From Candidatus Pacearchaeota archaeon (GTDB taxonomy: Archaea > Nanobdellota > Nanobdellia > Pacearchaeales > UBA284): a stretch of 32,000 nucleotides of DNA. The stretch is taken from the NCBI GenBank assembly GCA_026016245.1, contig CP061211.1, positions 330,001-362,000 on the forward strand. Reading direction: 5' to 3'. The position numbers and the translations under genes were made by a program. The notes below the pieces were generated by a model, which had not been told where the DNA came from, searched no databases, and saw only the letters and a program-made list of their open reading frames with translations. Positions 28,178 to 32,000 of this stretch are shown piece by piece. How positions within the stretch are numbered: the stretch's first letter is position 1; each line of letters starts with the position of its first letter.

Positions 28178-28207
28178 AAAACTAAAAAACAAGAAGGATT
28201 TAAGAAT

Positions 28208-29014
28208 TTATTGTCTAAGCTTATGAATAAGATTCTCTAAATTTTTTGTTTGTTCTGGTTTTAAGAATTTTCCTAATCTAGCAATTTCTTTTTCTGCATT
28301 TTTTAAATCTGACAAATTATAAGCCAAACCTTTTTGCTGACGCGAACTGGCTTCGCCAGTTTCTCCTAACACCCCAAACACCCTGAGGACGCCGTCGTCG
28401 AGGAGGCCCCTGCCGATGCCACCAAGGTCCGAGCCACCACCAGGACCCCCGAACCACAAGTAATTAATCACAGTTCCTTTTTGTTTATCAACATATGGAG
28501 AATTGATTGGATAGAAGGTGATTTTATTCTGGGCAAATTTATCAAAATATTGGGTCTCTACATCTTGAAAAAGAGTTTCTGCAGTTTCACTGCCTTTCTT
28601 AATACTAAATCTGCTTCTTTCAGGAAGAAATACTGCCCTTCTTTTTTCTGGCTCTTTATTTTTATCTTCTTCTGCAAATTTAGAATACATATCATAAATC
28701 CCCAAGTCTTTTGTAACAAAATAATATCCATTTCTGTTAGCTTGAACTGCTTTTTCAGCCATTTTTAAGTCTTCTACTAAAGGAGAAATCATTGCTAGAA
28801 TAATAGGAGATTTTTTAGCATAAATAGGTGCATGGCATGTTCTTGTGCTATCTGTTGAGCCGCCATTAATTCTCATATAAGCACAATCTCTCACACTAAT
28901 AGGATATTTTGCCCCTGCTTTTTTTAATGTTTTTAATTGTTCATCAAAAGGAGCATAAACTCTTATAATTTCTCCTAAACCTTTTACTTTTCCAATATGT
29001 TTTACTTTTGCCAT
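28208..29014 (-). CDS. DGR target (variable) protein, unknown family
   Basis: 268-aa ORF MAKVKHIGKVKGLGEIIRVYAPFDEQ...; contains the VR (YLWFGGPGGGSDLGGIGRGLLDDGVLRVFGV) at about residues 186-215. Confidence 0.9.
   Translation of the reverse strand: MAKVKHIGKVKGLGEIIRVYAPFDEQLKTLKKAGAKYPISVRDCAYMRINGGSTDSTRTCHAPIYAKKSPIILAMISPLVEDLKMAEKAVQANRNGYYFVTKDLGIYDMYSKFAEEDKNKEPEKRRAVFLPERSRFSIKKGSETAETLFQDVETQYFDKFAQNKITFYPINSPYVDKQKGTVINYLWFGGPGGGSDLGGIGRGLLDDGVLRVFGVLGETGEASSRQQKGLAYNLSDLKNAEKEIARLGKFLKPEQTKNLENLIHKLRQ
28345..28361. promoter_or_regulatory. Post-VR DNA hairpin (7-bp stem, 3-nt loop), candidate DGR retrohoming element
   Basis: Coding strand AACTGGC-GAA-GCCAGTT, beginning 8 nt beyond the VR 3' end. 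Confidence 0.75.
28370..28458 (-). repeat. DGR variable repeat (VR) core, 89 nt
   Basis: Coding strand TGTGGTTCGGGGGTCCTGGTGGTGGCTCGGACCTTGGTGGCATCGGCAGGGGCCTCCTCGACGACGGCGTCCTCAGGGTGTTTGGGGTG. Confidence 0.95.
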
Positions 29015-29032
29015 GTTTCTTATAATAAAAAA

Positions 29033-29050
29033 GAATTTATAAATCTTTCG
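29033..29050 (-). promoter_or_regulatory. BRE/TATA promoter of the DGR target gene
   Basis: Minus-strand ACGAAAGATTTATAAATTCT; nearly identical to the EF-1alpha promoter core. Confidence 0.6.
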
Positions 29051-29116
29051 TTTTTGTTGTTATTTGAGAGAGGCTACAAAATAAAAAGACTAGGACTCAC
29101 AACAGAAAAGACAGGA

Positions 29117-29341
29117 TTATGAAGTTTGACTAATATTTTTGATTACTTCATCTATACATTTCTTACAGTAAACATTTCCATTAATGAAAATTCCAGTTTC
29201 AATATGTTCCATACACTCTGGACATGTTCGTGGATTAACAGATTTTTCAGAATTGTAAACATTAATGAAGTCTCTTACCAAATATTTAATTGCAGCTTTA
29301 CGTATATCATATTTGCTTCCTATCCTAATTTCCTTAGCCAT
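29117..29341 (-). CDS. Small protein with C-terminal zinc-ribbon-like CPEC..CKKC
   Basis: 74 aa: MAKEIRIGSKYDIRKAAIKYLVRDFINVYNSEKSVNPRTCPECMEHIETGIFINGNVYCKKCIDEVIKNISQTS. Confidence 0.55.
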   Translation of the reverse strand: MAKEIRIGSKYDIRKAAIKYLVRDFINVYNSEKSVNPRTCPECMEHIETGIFINGNVYCKKCIDEVIKNISQTS

Positions 29342-29391
29342 TAATTTACTAGACTAAAAAACTTTATAAAATTAGTTGTGTTTGGATTGTT

Positions 29392-29658
29392 ATGATAGAG
29401 GTGATAATTGGTTTTATTGGGATGTTTTTAATCTTGCTGGCTTTCTTTATGAATCAAATACATAAATGGAAAACTAAAAATCCTATTTATGACATTGTTA
29501 ATTTTTGCGGAGCTTTATTATTAATTATTTATTCTTATTTGATAAAGAGTTGGCCTTTTCTAATCCTTAATTTAATCTGGCTTGTTGTTTCTTTTAGAGA
29601 AGCTTTGGTGGATATTGAAGGGAGAGAGAAAGGAACAATTGGATATAAAAGAAAATAA
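29392..29658 (+). CDS. Small three-TM membrane protein
   Basis: 88 aa, hydrophobic: MIEVIIGFIGMFLILLAFFMNQIHKWKTKNPIYDIVNFCGALLLIIYSYLI... Confidence 0.65.
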   Translation: MIEVIIGFIGMFLILLAFFMNQIHKWKTKNPIYDIVNFCGALLLIIYSYLIKSWPFLILNLIWLVVSFREALVDIEGREKGTIGYKRK

Positions 29659-29659
29659 T

Positions 29660-30370
29660 TTAACTTTTCGCAATTTTCCATAAAAGATTAAAATATCCTT
29701 TATACGCCTGGGCTATTTTTTTACTTTCAATGATAATCAAAAAAGGTTTGCCATATAAAATTGAAATAGAAATTTTATTTCCATAAATTGTAGTTGTAGC
29801 AGGACTACCATATTCTTCTGGTAGATATTTTGTTTTTATTGTTTTAGGAAATTTTGAAAAATATCTTCTTGCTTCTTCATTAGCTATAAACCTAGCTTTT
29901 TTTACATTTTTTATAAATTTTTTAACAAGAACAGGCATTTCATATTCTAATATATCCCATGCTTTTCCCCTCATACCTAAACCGTAGACTTCTTTAAGTT
30001 TTATAAATTCCTTCATATAACTTTTAAATCCTTCTTTACCTTCATAAATTTCAACTCTTTGTTCTTCTTTTGGTTTTTTTTCTAAAGAAAGAAGTCTAGG
30101 TAAAATCTCTTTAACCAAATTTTCTTTTTCTTGAAGATTTTTTAATAATGTTCTAGGATTTGCTGCTCTAAAATATTTTTTTCCAGATTTAATAACATAA
30201 CTAACAAGACCTTTGTTGATAAGTCGTTTTAGGGTATCATACACATAGGGTCTATATAATGTGGTTTTATGGGCAATCTCTGTTGCTGTTGACTGACCTA
30301 ATTCAATTAAGTTTAAATAAATTTTAATTTCATTATTACTTAAACCAACTTTTCTAAGTTGTTCTTCCAT
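29660..30370 (-). CDS. TrmB-family-like transcriptional regulator
   Basis: VGLSNNEIKIYLNLIELGQSTATEIAHKTTLYRPYVYDTLKRLINKGLVSYVIKSGKKYF; C-terminal half parallels 1158..1898 (SPATTTIYGNKISI). Confidence 0.75.
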   Translation of the reverse strand: MEEQLRKVGLSNNEIKIYLNLIELGQSTATEIAHKTTLYRPYVYDTLKRLINKGLVSYVIKSGKKYFRAANPRTLLKNLQEKENLVKEILPRLLSLEKKPKEEQRVEIYEGKEGFKSYMKEFIKLKEVYGLGMRGKAWDILEYEMPVLVKKFIKNVKKARFIANEEARRYFSKFPKTIKTKYLPEEYGSPATTTIYGNKISISILYGKPFLIIIESKKIAQAYKGYFNLLWKIAKS

Positions 30371-30455
30371 ATAATAATTAATTTTTTTCTCTTTAAAAAA
30401 GTTGTCATTTTTAAAACGACAAAGATTTATATACTGAAAAGCTTGTTACTCAAAA

Positions 30456-31859
30456 ATGAGGATTTGTGTAATAGCACCAAGGACAGGCAAGGAATTATCC
30501 AGGCAAGTTCCTATAATAAGAGAACCTTTAGGTGCTTGTTGTATATCAGCTTATTTAAAAAAATATGGTTATGAATCTAAAGTGATACACCAAGTAGAGA
30601 TGGTTGATGATGACGTTTTATATAAAGTTAAAGAATTCAAAGCAGATATTGTCGGTATTTCAACATGGTCATATAATTTCAATGCTGGCAAAAGAATAGC
30701 AAAATTAATTAAATCTAGATATAAAGATATTCCAATAATTTTCGGTGGTGATCATGTTACAGCCTGTCCTGAAGTTGTAAAAGGAGATTGCATAGATTAT
30801 GTGGTGATTGGTGAAGGTGAAACCACAATGTTAGAATTAGTTAAAGCCTTAGAGGGTAAGAGAGATATAAATTCTGTAGATGGCATAGCTTATTATAAAA
30901 ATAAAGAAATTAAATTAACAAAATCAAGAAAAAGAATTAGAAATTTAGATGAATTGCCTTTTCCTGATAGAGAAGACTTGCCAATGGAAAAATATAGGGC
31001 TACTAAGCATGATTGTAGTCTTGTTTATCCTCCTGGACAGCAAATAGGAACTCAACATACTTCAAGAGGTTGCAGATATAAGTGTACTTTCTGTTCTACA
31101 CCAGTAACTTGGCCAGGAATGTGGGTTGCTAGATCTGCTAAAAATGTAGTGGATGAAACAGAAGATTTGTTGGACAACCACAATGTCAAAAGTATTTTCT
31201 TTTGTGATGAGGATTTTATGTGTAATATTGAAAGGATATATCAAATATGTGATGAGATTAAAAAAAGAAACCTTAAATTTAACTGGCTTTGTTTTTCAAA
31301 AGTTACTGATGTAAACAAAGATATCTTAAAAGCTATGAAAGATGCTGGTTGTACAAGAGTATTTTATGGAATAGAAAGTTGTGATAATATAACATTAAAA
31401 AAATTACATAAAGGCACAAATTTAAAGAAGATAATAAAGACATTTGAAATAACCGAAGAAATTGGACTTGATGTTTGGGGCACTTATATGGCGGGATACC
31501 CATGGGAAGATGAAAAGACTCTTCTAAAGTCACTAGGAAAACTAAAGGAAATGCCCATAGATTACTTATATCTTACTTTTTTAACTCCTTTTCCAGGTAC
31601 AGAAATTTATAAATATTGCAAAGAGAATAATTTGTTGCTTAATGAAAATTTTGATGATTATGATTGTAGTAAACCTATAATAAAAACACAAATTCCACCT
31701 AACAGATTACAAAAAATTCTATCAGAGTTTGAATATGAATTTTATACTAGTAATAGTTATATGTTGAGAGCTCACGAAAAGATAGAAAAAAATCCGCGAC
31801 TTAAAGAAATATATAATAAATTTTTTAAAAATATGGTAAAAGAGTTAAATAAAATCTAA
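30456..31859 (+). CDS. B12-binding-domain radical SAM protein
   Basis: N-terminal cobalamin-binding-like Rossmann domain (ADIVGISTWSYNF...IIFGGDHVTACPE...DYVVIGEGE) and SRGCRYKCTFCSTP cluster motif. Confidence 0.88.
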   Translation: MRICVIAPRTGKELSRQVPIIREPLGACCISAYLKKYGYESKVIHQVEMVDDDVLYKVKEFKADIVGISTWSYNFNAGKRIAKLIKSRYKDIPIIFGGDHVTACPEVVKGDCIDYVVIGEGETTMLELVKALEGKRDINSVDGIAYYKNKEIKLTKSRKRIRNLDELPFPDREDLPMEKYRATKHDCSLVYPPGQQIGTQHTSRGCRYKCTFCSTPVTWPGMWVARSAKNVVDETEDLLDNHNVKSIFFCDEDFMCNIERIYQICDEIKKRNLKFNWLCFSKVTDVNKDILKAMKDAGCTRVFYGIESCDNITLKKLHKGTNLKKIIKTFEITEEIGLDVWGTYMAGYPWEDEKTLLKSLGKLKEMPIDYLYLTFLTPFPGTEIYKYCKENNLLLNENFDDYDCSKPIIKTQIPPNRLQKILSEFEYEFYTSNSYMLRAHEKIEKNPRLKEIYNKFFKNMVKELNKI

Positions 31860-32000
31860 GATTTTTCTAGAATTTGTGCTTTAATATCTTGTTCTTTGCA
31901 AAGTTTGACAAATTTTTCTGCATCACTCCTTGAGCCAACTATTGCGCCATAATGCATTGGAATAGCAAGAGTTGGTTTTATTATTGAAGCTGCTTTTGCA
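31856..32000 (-). CDS. C-terminus of a metal-dependent (metallo-beta-lactamase-fold-like) hydrolase, truncated
   Basis: Minus translation ...KPTLAIPMHYGAIVGSRSDAEKFVKLCKEQDIKAQILEKS*, resembling the UPF0173-type hydrolase C-terminus. Confidence 0.6.
   Translation of the reverse strand, partial: AKAASIIKPTLAIPMHYGAIVGSRSDAEKFVKLCKEQDIKAQILEKS

Larger units (their letters stand above)
26867..29014 (-). mobile_element. Diversity-generating retroelement: target gene + VR, TR, RT
   Basis: DGR-type RT, A-specific TR/VR mismatches and a post-VR hairpin, all on one strand in the order target-VR-TR-RT. Confidence 0.93.

Overview
AT-rich archaeal chromosomal window, most consistent with a DPANN-like (woese/pacearchaeal-type) genome. 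It carries housekeeping genes (ftsZ, gatD, archaeal dnaG, EF-1alpha, ATP-dependent DNA ligase, endonuclease IV, 4-demethylwyosine synthase, a Trm5/Taw2-like methyltransferase and one tRNA-Arg), a form III-like RuBisCO, transporters, secreted repeat proteins and several unknown genes. Two accessory systems stand out. (1) A diversity-generating retroelement (DGR) at about 26867-29014 on the minus strand. It has a DGR-type reverse transcriptase with LGNLTSQ and YVDD motifs. An 83-nt template repeat (27923-28005) lies immediately upstream of the RT, and an 89-nt variable repeat (28370-28458) lies inside a target gene of unknown family. In my hand alignment all 22 substitutions fall at TR adenines and none at the other 55 positions. 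There is one 6-nt indel and a 7-bp hairpin just downstream of the VR. (2) A candidate radical-SAM/peptide cluster at 17262-18745. Two tandem ~60-aa peptides begin MA(V/I)PGFSGSxGGIS, and the same motif occurs twice more at the N-terminus of the adjacent radical SAM enzyme. No database search was run; all family calls come from motif recognition.
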